From Azolla caroliniana (taxonomy: Eukaryota; Plantae; Polypodiophyta): a DNA stretch of 64,000 nt. Position numbers and translations under genes: made by a program. Location of the stretch: NCBI GenBank assembly GCA_043228905.1, contig JBHGNT010000008.1:12772001-12836000 (forward strand), written 5' to 3'. Within the stretch, counting starts at the first letter, position 1. Every line of letters begins with the position of its first letter. The notes beneath the pieces are model-generated. The model made no database searches. It was not told the DNA's origin and saw only the letters and a list, made by a program, of their open reading frames with translations. Positions 49,305-63,108 of this stretch are shown here, piece after piece.

Positions 49305-52300
49305 CCAAGGATGAAATTGCCTGACAAATCAAGGAATACTTGAGGATGGGACACATCCGGTACAATAAATCTCCATGGGGAGCTCCCGTCATCTTAGCCA
49401 AGAAGAAGGATGGAACTTGTCGAATGTGTGTGAATTACAAAGGTTTGAATAAACTCACCATTCGCAATTCCTACCCTTTGCCTCATTCTGATGACTTGAT
49501 AGATAGACTCCAAAGTGCAAGATATTTTACTAAGATAGACTTGTGCACTGGCTATCATCAGATCAAGGTTTCAGAAGAAGATGTTTCCAAAACAGTTTTC
49601 CGAACTCGTTATGGTCATTATGAGTTTCAGGTTCTACCATTTGGGTTGACTGATGCTCCAGCCACATTCCAACAATTGATGAATGATATATTCAAAGATC
49701 ATCTTGGTGATTTCGTGGTCATATTCCTTGATGATATCATGGTATATAGTAATACATTTGAGGATCATGTGCATCATGTCTGAATAGTTTTGGACAAGCT
49801 TCGCGAATACAAGCTATTTGCCAAACTATCTAAATGTGATTTCTTTCAAAAGGAGATTACGTATCTTGGACACCACATATCTAGGTCGGGTGTGTCTATT
49901 GATAAATCTAAGATAGAAGCAGTATTAATTTGGCCACGACCTTCAAATGTTAAGGACCTACGATCTTTCTTAGGATTTGTTGGATTCCTAAGAAGATCTC
50001 TTCAAAACTATTCATCCTACACTGCACCATTTACAGACCTATTGAAGGGTATTACAAGAAAGTCCACTAAACCTATTGAGTGGAATGCCTCTCTTGAAGA
50101 AACCTTCAATAAGTTGAAGTCATTAATTATGAATGCACCTACTTTAGTTATACCTTATCCTAATCAAACATTTGAAGTTGAGACAGATGCAAGTGATTAT
50201 GCTATTGGGGCTACATTATTTCAAATTGGGAGACCCATTGCTTTTGAAAGCAAAACATTGGATTCTGCCCAAAGAAATTACTCGGTTCAAGAAAAAGAAT
50301 TATTTGCTATTATTTACGCCTTAAAGAAATGGCGACATTATTTGTATGGTAGTAAATTTACAATTTTAACGGATCACAAATCCTTGCAATACTTCCTCTC
50401 TCAAAGAATTTTGAGGGTCGAAAGGCAAGATGGGCGGAGTTGATGCAAGACTTTGATTTCGAAATAAAATATCGAAAAGGGGCTTTGAATTCCGTTGCAG
50501 ATTCCCTGAGTCATATTCCAAAAATTAATGCCCTAAGTTTCGTGGAATTTAACGACGACTTATTTGATTTTATCCGGGGTAAACAAAAATACCTTGATGA
50601 CAGAACATTTTCGAAGTTTTGGAAGAGAGCTGAAACAAGTATTGACGTCAATCATGGAACCACATCTACCCCGAAGAACCTTTACTATGTTGCAAATGGG
50701 TTATTGTACCGCAATAGTAAGGTTTGCATACCACACATAAAGAATAAAATTCTGTATGAATGTCATGATACCACTTTTGTTGGACATCCAGGTGTGCAAA
50801 AAACATTAGCTTTGATTAAAGCTAGGTTTTCCTGGCCAAAAATGAAACTTGAGGTAGAGTCCTATATTATTCGTTGTCCACAATGTCAGGTCATTAAGGC
50901 TGAGCGACAGAAAAAGCTGGCTTATTGCAACCTCTCGATATTCCAACTGAAAAGTGGCAAAGTATATCCATGGATTTCATAGTTGGATTACCTCGTTCCG
51001 TTGAGGGAAATAATGCCATTTGGGTGGTTGTTGATCGGCTTACCAAGATGGCAAGATTCATTCCAACAAAATCCACAATTACTGCAAAGCAATTGTCTAT
51101 TAAGTTTATTAAACATCTTTATAGTTTATATGGTCTACCGATGGAGATTGTAAGTGATCGAGACTCCAAGTTTACAAGTACATTTTGGTCAGAAGTTATG
51201 CAAAAACTGCAAACAACTTTGAGTCTCAGTTCTTCTAATCATCCTCAGTTAGATGGGCAGACTAAGAGACTGAATCAGATATTAGAGGATATGTTGAGAG
51301 CATATGTAGCACAAAAACACTCATTATGGGAGACTTACCTTCCTATGGTGGAATTTGCCTACGACGGCGCTAAGCGTACATCAACAAAATACAGTCCGTT
51401 CATGTTGATGTATGGTTATACGCCACGTCCTCCTATTGATGTTTTGTTTGATCTACATACTTTGGATAGTACAAAGAATTTTCTCTCTGATATGCTTGAA
51501 GCACATAAGTTGGCTGAAGAAAACCTTAGGATGGCACGGGACAGAAATGTCTTTTATGCAAATCATGATAGAAAACCAAGGGAATTTCACGTAGGAGAAC
51601 AGGTTTTTCTACGGGTTCCTAAGGACTCAGAAACATTGAGAATAGGACCATGTGCAAAATTAGCCCCACAGTATTGTGGACCATATAAAGTTTTAAAACG
51701 GATAGGTTCCAATGCTTATTGTTTGGATTTGCCTCCAATGTGATGGTTCATCCCGTATTCCACATGAGTCGATTAAAGGAGGCGATTGGTTATGATGATA
51801 ATGTTGTAACACCGTCTAATTTATTGACATTGGAGGATGATCATTTTCCTCCACATGAACTTGAGAAAATCCTCGATCATAGGTCTAGAAACCTAAGGTC
51901 AAAAGTTGTTCATCGCTATAAGGTTAAGTGGAAGGATAGATTGGAAGAAGACAGCACATGGGAAATTGAAGAGACATTACGCAAACATTTTCCTAACTTC
52001 CCATTGCAAGAGTGCAATTAAACAGACGGGGGGGAGTATGTAATGTTCATTGGTTTAGACGTAGTTATTAGGGGGCTATCATACTGTAATATCTGAGTTG
52101 TCAGCTTTATTTGACTGACCTAATGTGTGTCATAGGGTACCCCGCACATGATTGGTCAGGTAGATGTCATTTCATGGTCTAGGTCCTATAAATAGGGGAG
52201 ACTCTCCTTGGTTAGGGGAGCCCCATGAGTGGTTCAGACGAAGCTCTCTTTGATGTGGATTAGTCATCTACCAAGGTCCTGATGTGGAGATCCTAGCTGG

Positions 52301-52431
52301 TATGGGACAGATCGGGATTCCTCATTTGCACTGTCAACTCTGACGCAGGGCGGATGGGTGGTAACGCGTATTTTCAGTATGATTGTGTCATTTATATCTT
52401 TATTTTAGGATTAATGATCTTGGTTATTACA
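49305..52431 (+). mobile_element. 5'-truncated plant chromovirus (Reina/Tekay-like): RT-RH-INT-chromodomain plus 3' LTR 52039-52431
   Basis: SPWGAPV, FLDD, ETDAS, SMDFIVGLP, SDRD, CGPY, ILDHR...VKWK...STWE; PPT GGGGGGGAGTA; TGTAAT...ATTACA. Confidence 0.92.
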
Positions 52432-52438
52432 GGTAGTA

Positions 52439-52953
52439 TGTTATGTACACATAACGTTGGTGAGGGTACGTCACTAATATTTACATTAGTGAAGGGTGTG
52501 TTCACTAATGTTAAAAAAGGGGGGCTAATGTGATTGGATAGAAGGAATGATAGGTGCATGCACTATCATGATTGGATAGAAGGAATGATAGGTGCACACA
52601 CTATCCTGATTTGGACAACCAATGAATGGAGACCCTTTTAGAAAGGCACATCTATTCAAGGGGCCTAGGAAAAGGTATAAATAGGAGGCTTAGCTACCCT
52701 CATAAGCACATTACGTCAGAAGGTTGTTGTCTTAGACACCGGTGGTGCGGGCTAGGCTTTCGTCTCGACGATTGTGTTTATCTCTTCCAAGGTATTAGTC
52801 ATCCTAATATCCGGTAGTATGGGATGTTAGTGGTAGGTTGGCTATGTCTAGATCATAACTCGCGAGTGGTCGGGTGGAATAGGTTCTTCTATCCAATCTA
52901 TTTTCCTTCTTTTACTTTAGTTTGGTCTATTGATTAGTAATAGACTCTTAACA
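52439..52953 (+). repeat. Probable LTR with an internal ~41-bp tandem repeat
   Basis: TGTTA...TAACA termini, TATAAATAGG; no TSD found. Confidence 0.5.
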
Positions 52954-53026
52954 GACACACATGCTCTTTGAGTGTCTCAAATGATGTGTCAAGTTTTTCA
53001 TTGCAGAAAATTGGTTTGACATACTT

Positions 53027-53466
53027 TGTTAGTAACATGACATAGTGACGTCAAATACGTTGTTAGTGAGTATTAAACCTGCAACCTTACATCAACAAGA
53101 CATCATGCTCAACCATCTGGATATGAGCATGTATTTGTATATAATAGAGTATTGTATATTCTAGTATATATACATTGCAGAATATTCTAGAGCCTTTAGT
53201 GTATTCTAGACGGGTATATTCTAGAGATATTTGTCAGGTATATCCACAAGATACTCAATCTCAGAACTTGTATAAATACTTGTAACCTCCTTGGTCCCTT
53301 TCAAGGGATTCAACATCAATCATTGACACATCAATCTAGTATTCTCATTTCATGTTATATTGTCTCCTTCATCTTCATATTTGTCTTCATGCTCGCTAGT
53401 TAACCCTAGCTTCCTATGTTCATAGTCTTGTCACTCACAGGTTCTAGAGTTCCTAGCCTCGTCACA
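53027..53466 (+). repeat. LTR of family H, plus orientation (right end approximate)
   Basis: Inverted homolog of 53835-54294 over at least the first ~310 bp; TATAAATA at 53271. Confidence 0.75.
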
Positions 53467-53499
53467 TCCGGTTCCACTTATCGGTTGTAACCTCGTCAT

Positions 53500-55372
53500 C
53501 CATGCTCCATCGTAGTCCATGGTTGGTGTGTCTGTGACCCCCACCAAAAAGTGAGTGGTTGTGACCCCCATCGGAACTATGAAGGTGAACGATCAACATC
53601 AATCCTTTTGATGAAGACAAGAAAAGGTCCTGAAAATGATGACGTCAAAGAAGACAAGGAAATGATGACGTCAAAGAAGACAAGGAAATGAAGACGATGA
53701 TGACGAGGAAGCCTCTCTAAAACCAAGGATGTTAATGAAGTTAACTTTGGAAGCAAGGATTGTGACGATGGTAACTCTCGAAGCAAGGGCGATCACGAAG
53801 ACGGGTGATGCTTCCAGTTGCAAGGGGTTCAAACTGTCACGTATACACCAACCGCAAACTCGGACAGAACACAAATAATAGGTTTACAAGAGTGGAACTT
53901 ATGAAGCTAGAAACGACACAAGAGCATGAAGACAGAGATGAAGAAGGACACAAGATGGAATGGAACAATAAGACTAGATTGATGTGTCAATGACTAGTGT
54001 TGATTTCCTTGAAAGGGACCAAGGAGGTTACACGTATTTATATAAGTTTTGAGATTGAGTATCTCTAGAATATACCTAACAAATATCTCTAGAATATACC
54101 ATAGAATATTTCTAGAATACACTAAAGGCTCTAGAATATTCTTGAATGTATATATGCTAGAATATACAATACTCTATTATAAACAGATACATGCTCATAT
54201 CTAGATAGTTGAGCATGATGTCTTGTAGATGTGAGGTTGTAGGTTCAATACTCATTAATCATGTATTTGACATCATTGTGTCGTGTCACTAACATTATAC
54301 TCCCCTACGGTTGTCTTTTTGAAAGCATGGAGTTGGAGCACTAACAGGCGTGAGGAATTGGAGCACTAACAGGCGTGAGGAACCATATGTTGTTTTCATT
54401 AGAGACTAGAACCCTAACGGACATGAGCGACCATGTGCAGTCCTCATCGAAGATTGGAACACCGACGGGCGTGAGCGACCATGTACAGTCCTCACCAGAG
54501 ATAAGAACCCCGACAGGTGTGAGTGGCCATGTGTGGCCCTCACCGAAGACTAGAACACCGATAGATGTGAGTGACCATGTGCAGTCCTCATCGGGAACAT
54601 GAACGGGCATGAGGGACCATGCGGCCCTCATCGGGAATTGGAACACGAACGAGAGTGAGCGACCATGTGGTCGTCACCAAGAACTAGAACACGAATGGGC
54701 ATGAGTGACCATGTGTGGCCCTCACCAAGAATTGGAACGTGAGTGACCGTGTGTTGTCTTCATCGTAACCACGAACGGGCGTGAACGACCATGTGGTCCT
54801 CACCGAGAACTAGAACATGAACCAGAGTGAGCGACCATGCGGCCCTCACCGGGAACTGGAACACGAACAGGCGAAGGAGTGCAAGTGAAGCGGTCAACTT
54901 GACTTCTTCTATTATGAGAGGGTAAATAGTCGAGGTTGACCCAAAACACAACACAAATGGTAGTGCTGGAGAGAAACCAACTCAATCCCCACCAGGAAAG
55001 TGAGTGGTTGTGACCCCCACTGAAACTAGAAGGTGAGTGATCGAACTAGGTCATCGCCAAAGGAAAGTGGCATGAGACTTGAACGAAAATGAAAATGGAG
55101 TGCAAGTGAGCAATGATTCAATCCCCACCAAGAAAGTGAGTGGTTGTGACCCCCACCGGAACTAAGAAGGTGAGTGATCGAAATCAATCCTTTTGATGAA
55201 GACAAGAAAAGGTGCTGAAAATGATGATGTCGAAGAAGACAAGGAAACGAAGAAGATGATGATGAGGAAATGTCTCTAAAACCAAGGATGTCAATGAAGG
55301 TAACTTTGGAAGCAAGGACTGTGATGATGGTAACTCTAGAAGCAAGGGCGATGACGAAGACGAGTGATGCTT
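53500..55372 (-). mobile_element. Non-autonomous LTR element H in tandem arrangement (internal-LTR-internal)
   Basis: LTR 53835-54294 has a PPT (AGGGGAGTATAA) on one side and a self-priming PBS (53821-53832) on the other; internal sequence 53540-53812 is repeated at 55125-55372; no recognisable protein. Confidence 0.75.
54340..54875. repeat. ~48-bp degenerate tandem repeat (GAGCGACCATGTGCAGTCCTCA...), about 11 copies
   Basis: Visible periodicity; 16-aa repeats in the ORF track. Confidence 0.88.
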
Positions 55373-55583
55373 TGTCAAAGTTAATATGCAAAAGCTTTGA
55401 CAAACCGGTTTATCCGGTCAACAACAGAAAACAGAGAAAGAAGGTTCAATGGAAGCTTAGGATACACAGGAGAGACAAGAGAGCAGAAAGCATAAACTCA
55501 ATTCAAAATAATAACACCTTGTACATACTGTTATGATATGGCAAGACTCGAACCCATGACCTTATGTTACAATTCATGAGAAC

Positions 55584-55853
55584 CATAGTTGTTAAAAAAC
55601 ACGTATTCTACGTTTAGAATACGTTTTAGAATACTCTGAAGTATTCTACGTTTTAGAATTGTCGTTTTTTAAAATTTGGCATATTCTATGTATTCTAAAA
55701 ATTCTACCTATTTAACAAGTATTTATCATTTCAAAAAAGTTTTTTTTTTTTTTTCTTTGTAATTGTTTTTGAAAAACAACTTTAAATTTTAAGTAGTTAA
55801 CGTATTTTACAAGTATTCTATACGTACTTTATACTAAGTATTCTATAACAATG
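55584..55853. mobile_element. hAT-type MITE (270 bp)
   Basis: Termini CATAGTT.../...AACAATG; 8-bp TSD ATGAGAAC/ATGACAAC; repeated GTATTCTA motif. Confidence 0.75.
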
Positions 55854-56023
55854 ATGACAACTACATAAGGCTCAACCATGTTGTCTACCTCGAGGCATTG
55901 TTTGCACACTCACATGAATGATATGCACTCATCGTGCCTACAAATGTGGTTTTGGTTCTCTTATTCCCCCATCGAGACCCTAAATAGTGTACATTGATGT
56001 AATGCACGGATATACATATATTT

Positions 56024-56520
56024 GCTTTGATACCAACTCTTAGAGACAAACTAATTATTTGAGAAAAACATAAGGAATTATAGACCTAAAAAAGGAAATA
56101 AAGGTGTTAGACCATCCCTAGCAACGATATGAAACAGCCCCAAACCTCTTGAATGTCCCATACCATCGATTGTTGATGTGAGTTATTTGTTGGGTTCCGT
56201 GAGGATTGCACATGCTTAGCTTAGAAGAGTCATAGTCACGTTGACATAGTCTCAACATAAGTAAAGTCCCCCCTTTGAAAGAAGGTGGCTCTGATTTTTA
56301 TATTGGTAGAAACCCTAAAAGCCATGGTGTATTCACACACTTGACTGCTTCATGTGAAGTGGTCAAGGGATAACACACTTAATAGTTCTCACCTAGTAGA
56401 ATTATAATTCAATACATACCCTCGTTTCTTTTGAGAACCCACACATATTCATCATGAGATTAAGGAAAACTACAAAAAACCAATGTCATGATCTGTTATG
56501 GTTATGCATGTAACATGTTC
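56024..56520 (-). repeat. Decayed LTR with adjacent Met-type PBS (TGGTATCAAAGC, 56035-56024)
   Basis: PBS read directly; LTR limits approximate. Confidence 0.45.
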
Positions 56521-57965
56521 GCCATGAGATGTTTAGTTTGGGAACAACATGTTGTTGATTGAGAAAGATAATCTTTATGGTTTTGTTTTATCTTTGTGAA
56601 GCATTTATCTCACTCTCTCTTATAGTCTCTTCTTTTATTGTTTGCATGCTTTTCTTTTTTTGAAATGTATCACAAAACCTCGTAAATAGTAATTTCCTCC
56701 CTACTCCAAACACCTACATTAGCTCGTTATTTTTTTATCTTTGTATGTTCCCAATTTGTACCACATCCCTATTAGTAATCCATTCTCAATTACATTCAAA
56801 TAGGCTACCAATGTCTTCATCAAGCTTGAAGAATTATTGGAAATATGAGTGCTACAATTATGTCCATAGGTCACCCTCTATGTATAATTGTTTTAGAAAC
56901 TACCTATTTATCTCTAATTGCAATGTCTTACATGACACATTGTTTTCCACATTTCTAACATTCATGGTTCTTCTCACCTCATCTTCAGAACATATATGAT
57001 AAGCTTTCGTCCTATCAGCTAGTAAGTTCATTTTGTAGTTCCTCGACAAGCATCATGTTATTTAAATGCCAAGTATTGGCAATTCATCATCATGGTTGCC
57101 ATGGTTGTTATGGTTCATAGTTCATGGTTGCAAGTGTCAATGTTGCATTAAATAGCACATTGTACAACATTAGAACCTCTCACATATATTAAATCTTTAA
57201 ATTAAATTATTCTTGTTATTGTTCATGATAATTACTCTTGTCCCAAACTAGTGAGTGTAATGATTTCCTTAAAAAAGTTGGTAGAGAATTAGAGGCTTCT
57301 CATCACTTTCAGATTGGGCATCTTTAAGAAGCCTTTCTTTCAGATTTTATTTGAATTATGAATGATGCCAGAAGAGCTCTGAAATCAAATTCACTACTGC
57401 ACTCTCATTTGTTAGTTGAATAATTGTATTGCTACAATCAGTAGTTTCTCACATTAAATCCAATGGCCACATCCCAAAAGTTTTACGTAGAAAAAATCGT
57501 GTATATAGAACAAATGGTCTATAAATAGCTATATAAAATAGAGCCCCCTTGGCACTTTTTTGTATTAAGTCATCAATTTAATTCAGAACTCTTTGCCTTT
57601 GCCTTAATTTATTCTTGGCCCTGATACTCATTTTGCTCTGATAACATCGGAAACAAAAATAAACAATACTTTCCAAGGTCATATATTAACGACATATATA
57701 TAGCTTCTTTTGTTAGTCTACATATAAACTACTCGGACTAGTTCTTGACCTTGATTTACCATATATAATGCTCCACCTGTATCCTTTATTATTAAAATCA
57801 ATGCCGGCTTATAGAACCACTTAGATCAACCAACAATTCCTTATTGGAGAAATAAAGAGAGCATGTACAAGTCCTTCAAACTTCCTTAATTAAGGACAAG
57901 GTAAGTGCGAATATATGGTGGCATAGAATCGTTTGCACATATGATATGTTATGCCAACTGCAGAT

Positions 57966-60900
57966 TCAGAGTATTGGGCACCCTTTAATCACAAGTCCCG
58001 GGGCAGTGGGGCACTGTGCAAGTGGGCAATGGTCCACCTGTGTGCCCCACCATTCTGCTCTCTTATGTGTCAACCCAAGAGTGAAATAGAGCAAAACTGC
58101 CATAAACGCCGTACCAGCGTCAAGCGCGGCCGAGAGCACATAGTTGTATCGCTTCCACCACCCTTTTCTGTATCGGAACAAAAAGAAGTTGAAAAACCCA
58201 CCCATCACCAACCACGTGAAGATGTTCACTGGAGTGGCAGGGGGCATGGTGGAGAACCCACCAAGAAACACTGGAATATTTATCAAAGCTATCCATTTTG
58301 TTTTCGGGTAGGCTTTGCTCAAAGCCCAAAAAGGGATGGGAAGAAGTGCACCAAGCAAGAAGAACCAAGACAAGTTCTTGTAAATGCCAAGAGACCCAAA
58401 TAGATGTTTGGGACCGACGAGACCCCATAAAACTGAAGCATCGTATGCAACCTGATCCTTGGGACATGTCCATGGGCTTCCAGCCGGAAGTCCATCAGTG
58501 TCACATATGGAATTCACTGATGTAAGCATCCACCAAGCAATGCTCATGTTAACCGTTCCCGCCACCAGAGTGCCCACAAGCTATCACATAAGACAAGAAA
58601 AACACCCATTTTTTAACCACAATGAATGTCTTTTTCCTTGTGCACTTCCATAAGTCTTCCATAGGTAAGTGACATACCTCACTAATATTTGACAGCATTA
58701 TCAAAGCAAAACACTAAACATCGTTTAAGGACTAGGTCTTACAGCACCACAAATCAAAAGAAACATTAAATGTTGTTAGAGTTGGAAGTCTCACATACCA
58801 GTAACCACTGGACAAGATCGTCGAATGTTCTTTAATATTAGTGAGATTCTGGGTGTTCAGAAATTAAACATATTCAAAGAGAATAAGGTTGGTTGCAGAC
58901 GAAATCATTACCTGTGCTGTATACATGCATCTAGGAGGGATCTTCATGTAGTGCCCAAGCTTCAGGTCAGCGAGGAACGAAATCGAGTGAGTCATGCTTA
59001 TCCTTCCGTATGTCTTGAACAATGCGTTTGCAATCGGCTTTCCCGGAAGTAGATAGCCGATTAAAAACTCAGCTAACACATTGAACCCTGGAGGCTGGCA
59101 TCATGAAAGAGTTAAGTTCTACCATCATAATGAGGACATAGATACGAAATTTAGGTAGGTCCTTATTAGACTCCTTAATTAGTCTTCAAAATCATAAGCG
59201 CCATGATATTTTGCTCTTACTCAAGAGAAATCAGGATCAGTTGAGTATACCTGGTTAGTTGTTGCTGTGATTATTCCAATGGGAAGAGTGAAGAATGCTG
59301 AGATGCCGCAGGCCAGAAGCACCCCCCACCACACTAGTTGGACATCATCCTCCCAAACAATAGATACCACAAGTGACAGTATCAAACTAATCACTAGGAG
59401 AATGAGAAACCAACTTTGGGGGACTGTTCGATACCGTTTCATTAACTGTGCATGTACATCGGTTTTATCATCCTTTAACGCTGTCCAAGTGTTGTCAATG
59501 ATTTCCCTACACAAATCTATGAATTGAATGGGTGGATGGAGAAAAGTGGCAACTGTCACTTCCAGAAATAACAACAGCAAACTAAATATAAATGATTAAG
59601 TAAGACACCTTGATGGAAAACCATTCCATAAACACCCTAACCTATCTTTCACTAAAATGGCTAATAAATGTTTGTAAAGTTGAAAGGCAAAACTCCCGAC
59701 ATTTTCATCGTAAACAATAGCCAAAATATCCAAAACCGTGTTATCTAATGTAAGACCCTTACTTTCCATGGAAGAAAGCCACATGAGTGAGGGTCGCTGC
59801 AATTCTCGCAAAACCAAAACCCGTTGACAGGGCAAAAAATGTGCTCAAGTACAATTTGCTATAGCTTTCATAAGCTACACTATCGAAAGCGAAATCCGGT
59901 GTCATCACCTTAGTGACATTGTAGGGTTTTCCTTTGTCGGTGTAAAGTTGGCTAGAGAATAGTGCAAATTTCCTTGCCTGATATATGTTTCCCCAGTAGG
60001 AGAGCGGGACAAGAATGTAGACAAAGATCAAGAAGCCAATCCCAATGTTAACAATGGAGAACCATGGTGTCACAAGCGGGCTACCAAGATATGATGATAT
60101 TCCAGCCCAATCAAGAGAAATTGCACCAATTCCAAGACCATGGAAACCCGAGCCAACTTGATTTGCAGTGATGTTATGAGGCCACAGCCAGCATACCCAA
60201 GAGAAAAAGCTCAGTATACTGAAAAAATATCCAGGGAGTATGTAGTATGTGAAGCTACAGACCATGACTATGATAAAGAATTGCATCCGAGTCACCCCAT
60301 TCCTCTCCCGAACATCAATTTCATGCAAAGTCCTGCCAGTTGCATCAAATCAGGTTGCTTAATGTATCATATGCTATAAAAATATATGTGTGTGTATTTC
60401 TATGTACATATAAATCTACACGCATGCAATACGAATGCACATGTATATATTCATATATATATATATATATAGCTACAAGATGGGATGCAAGATGAATTGA
60501 TCATATGGTGAACAGCTTATATATATTATCTATACAATGTAAACATGGAATCATTGCATCTTGAAAATATATTATTGAGATGCTAGATTAATTGATCCAT
60601 TTTGAGAAAAAAATCTTAGACACACAACGTCGGTTAGGAAGGTAATCTTGATGAATTGATTAGTGAGCTCACCTGAAAAGAGAAACCTGAACTAAATTGG
60701 AGGGCCACCACATATGCTGTGGTTCAACAAGATAGCGTCGGAAAATCCCGGCCCATCCATATCCCAAAACCTATTCATGCCGGTAATATTGTAGGCCCAA
60801 ATAATACATCCACAACTAACATGGTTCGAGCTACATTTGAGCTATTTATTCAAGAGATATGCAATCCATATATACCTGCGTTGTAAGAACAATCAAAAGG

Positions 60901-61418
60901 CCAGCAACAAAATGGACATTCTCCTTATAGAAAGCTTTCATGATGTTAATGACTCCAACAGAGTACGCATCCCCACCACCAAAGGAGACTCCAGCATTTG
61001 CAAAGATAGTGATGAGCACATGCTCTTTCACATTGAAAGGCCCAGGGTTAAGGCTCAACTTTGTGCCGAGTAGTGGTAGGGTAAACATGGCCGAAGGGAG
61101 GACGGCCGCCATGAAGCGGCCAGCCGGAAGCACCAGGATTTGGGCAAATGTTGCAGCCACGGCCAACGGCTGGCTCCGATACGAGAAGAAGGTGTTGACG
61201 AACATTAACACGATGCAGGAAGTGAGACCCAGAAGCCACATCCGGAAAGTCATCACTGGCAAGCATGGGTCGTCGGTGGTGGGCACTGTTACTGCCACTT
61301 CTTCCACAACCTCTCCTCCTCCGCTGCTGCCTACTACTACAACTACATCCTCATCAACATGTATGCCACCACCACTATTAGCATTCATATTGTGAATGTG
61401 CGTATCATCCAGGGCCAT
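57966..61418 (-). CDS. OPT3: Oligopeptide transporter family protein, OPT3 clade; exons 61418-60876, 60770-60673, 60332-59763, 59506-59251, 59094-58912, 58580-57966; 754 aa
   Basis: [18 protein letters not shown] and [11 protein letters not shown] signatures; OPT3-like GGGDAYS and [13 protein letters not shown]; GT-AG introns; exons sum to 2265 nt. Confidence 0.93.
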
Positions 61419-62716
61419 CTAAACTTCAGAGAATCGCACACGCACAGGCTCTTGTTCTTCACAACATAAATATTGTAGTAGAGGGAACAGGTATTGAGCA
61501 GATTAGGGAGGGTAGGGTGTAAAACAAAACGGATTCTTCTATGCAGTATGTAAATAAATAATGCATCACGACACACACACAGAGATGCGAACCTTGTCAG
61601 CAGCATCCGATCAAAAAGCAGAGGATCGTTTGTGGTTGCCCCACCTGCCCACCCATATGGAATATATATGTACATACATATAACAAACACCGTACGAAAC
61701 AAAAATCCTGCCTCAATCTGAAGCCTCTGATGCTTTTTTATTCCTTTTCTTTCTTTTTTTTATGTGGGCGATTTGATTGATTCTCCTCCCCCCCCGTGCG
61801 TGCAGAGAAAGTAGATTCTCATCGTGAGGAGGAGGAGGAGGAGAAGACCCATGCACATACATTAACATACATATGTTGTACTCCTACTACTAATTCATCT
61901 TCCAGATTCTTCCTAATCCTAAAGTCTAATAATTCTTTCTTTCTTTTTTTCTTATTGTTAACACATATGGTCATTCTCCTCTTATTAAGAAGATCCCTCT
62001 TCTTATTCTCTCCCTTGTTTCTATTTTTTTCTTAACCACAGCCCTCTGCCATTCAATAATAATAATGCTAGGGATCGTAAAAGAGGAGAGGAATGGAAGA
62101 TTTAATGGGCCTAAGGATATTTAACACGATGTTTAATCCCACGTACAGTGTCTCACTATAAAAGGTATTGAAAGGTTCCTCAACCCAATGATTGGATCAT
62201 TGGCTTGTTTATGGTAACAAGTAAGATTAATATATAATCACTTCATTTTATTCGTGTTATAGTTCATCGGTTTCTTGTTCATGTGTTCATGTCGTTGCAC
62301 CTCATCATCGAGAAATATGAGCAAAGAAATGGTATTTAAAGCCAAATTTTGGTGATATGTAAAAATGTAACTTGGTCTTACACCTACTCTCTCCCATCAA
62401 ATGTATGATCTATATGCCATAAAAGCAATTAAAAAGCAAAAGAAGCAAAAAAAAAAAGAAAAAAAAGATGATAGAACTAAGGAACATTGGAAATACATGT
62501 CCTTGACCACTTTTAAGGCGTACATAGATATATGTTTATAGACATTTTTGGATTATAAATTTTCTCACATACTACAATAAACTTACCGCAAATGAAAATC
62601 CTTTCTTTGTAACATGCACTCGTCCTTATCCTTGCATGGGTGTCTAACCATATCCACCTTTGCACTTACTCGTAGTCACTCCAATTTTCCTCCCTCCCAA
62701 TCAATCAATTGGTTTC

Positions 62717-62840
62717 AAACCCTCAACCACTTAGCTAAGAATGACTATAAGTCACCCACCACTTAAGCTAAATAAATAAGTTTCGGAACCCTCAACCACT
62801 TAGCTAATAATGATTACAAGTCACCACTTAAGCTAAACGT
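62717..62840. repeat. Short tandem duplication (AACCCTCAACCACTTAGCTAA...)
   Basis: Two copies about 70 bp apart. Confidence 0.75.
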
Positions 62841-63108
62841 CGTTGTCATTTTCTTGCTTGACCACTTTGTAAAAGTTATCATTTTTGTACTTTTCTCCCT
62901 TCACACATGCTACATGAGGCAAAACGTATACCCTAAGATAGACAATTACCTCATAAAATCGACCAAAATTAGCATGGGGACAACTTAAGGGTAAGAAAGA
63001 AGATGTAAACGGTCACTTTACAAATGAAGAGATGTTAGACTAAGTACAAAGGCTATATATGCATGAAGGTGTGGCTCTTATGATTGAGAAAATTGAAACA
63101 CCATGCAC

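Noticed and set aside
54340-54875. 48-bp array as a CRISPR-like locus or repeat protein
   Set aside because: Units are contiguous and degenerate with no unique spacers, later units change length and break frame, and the context is eukaryotic
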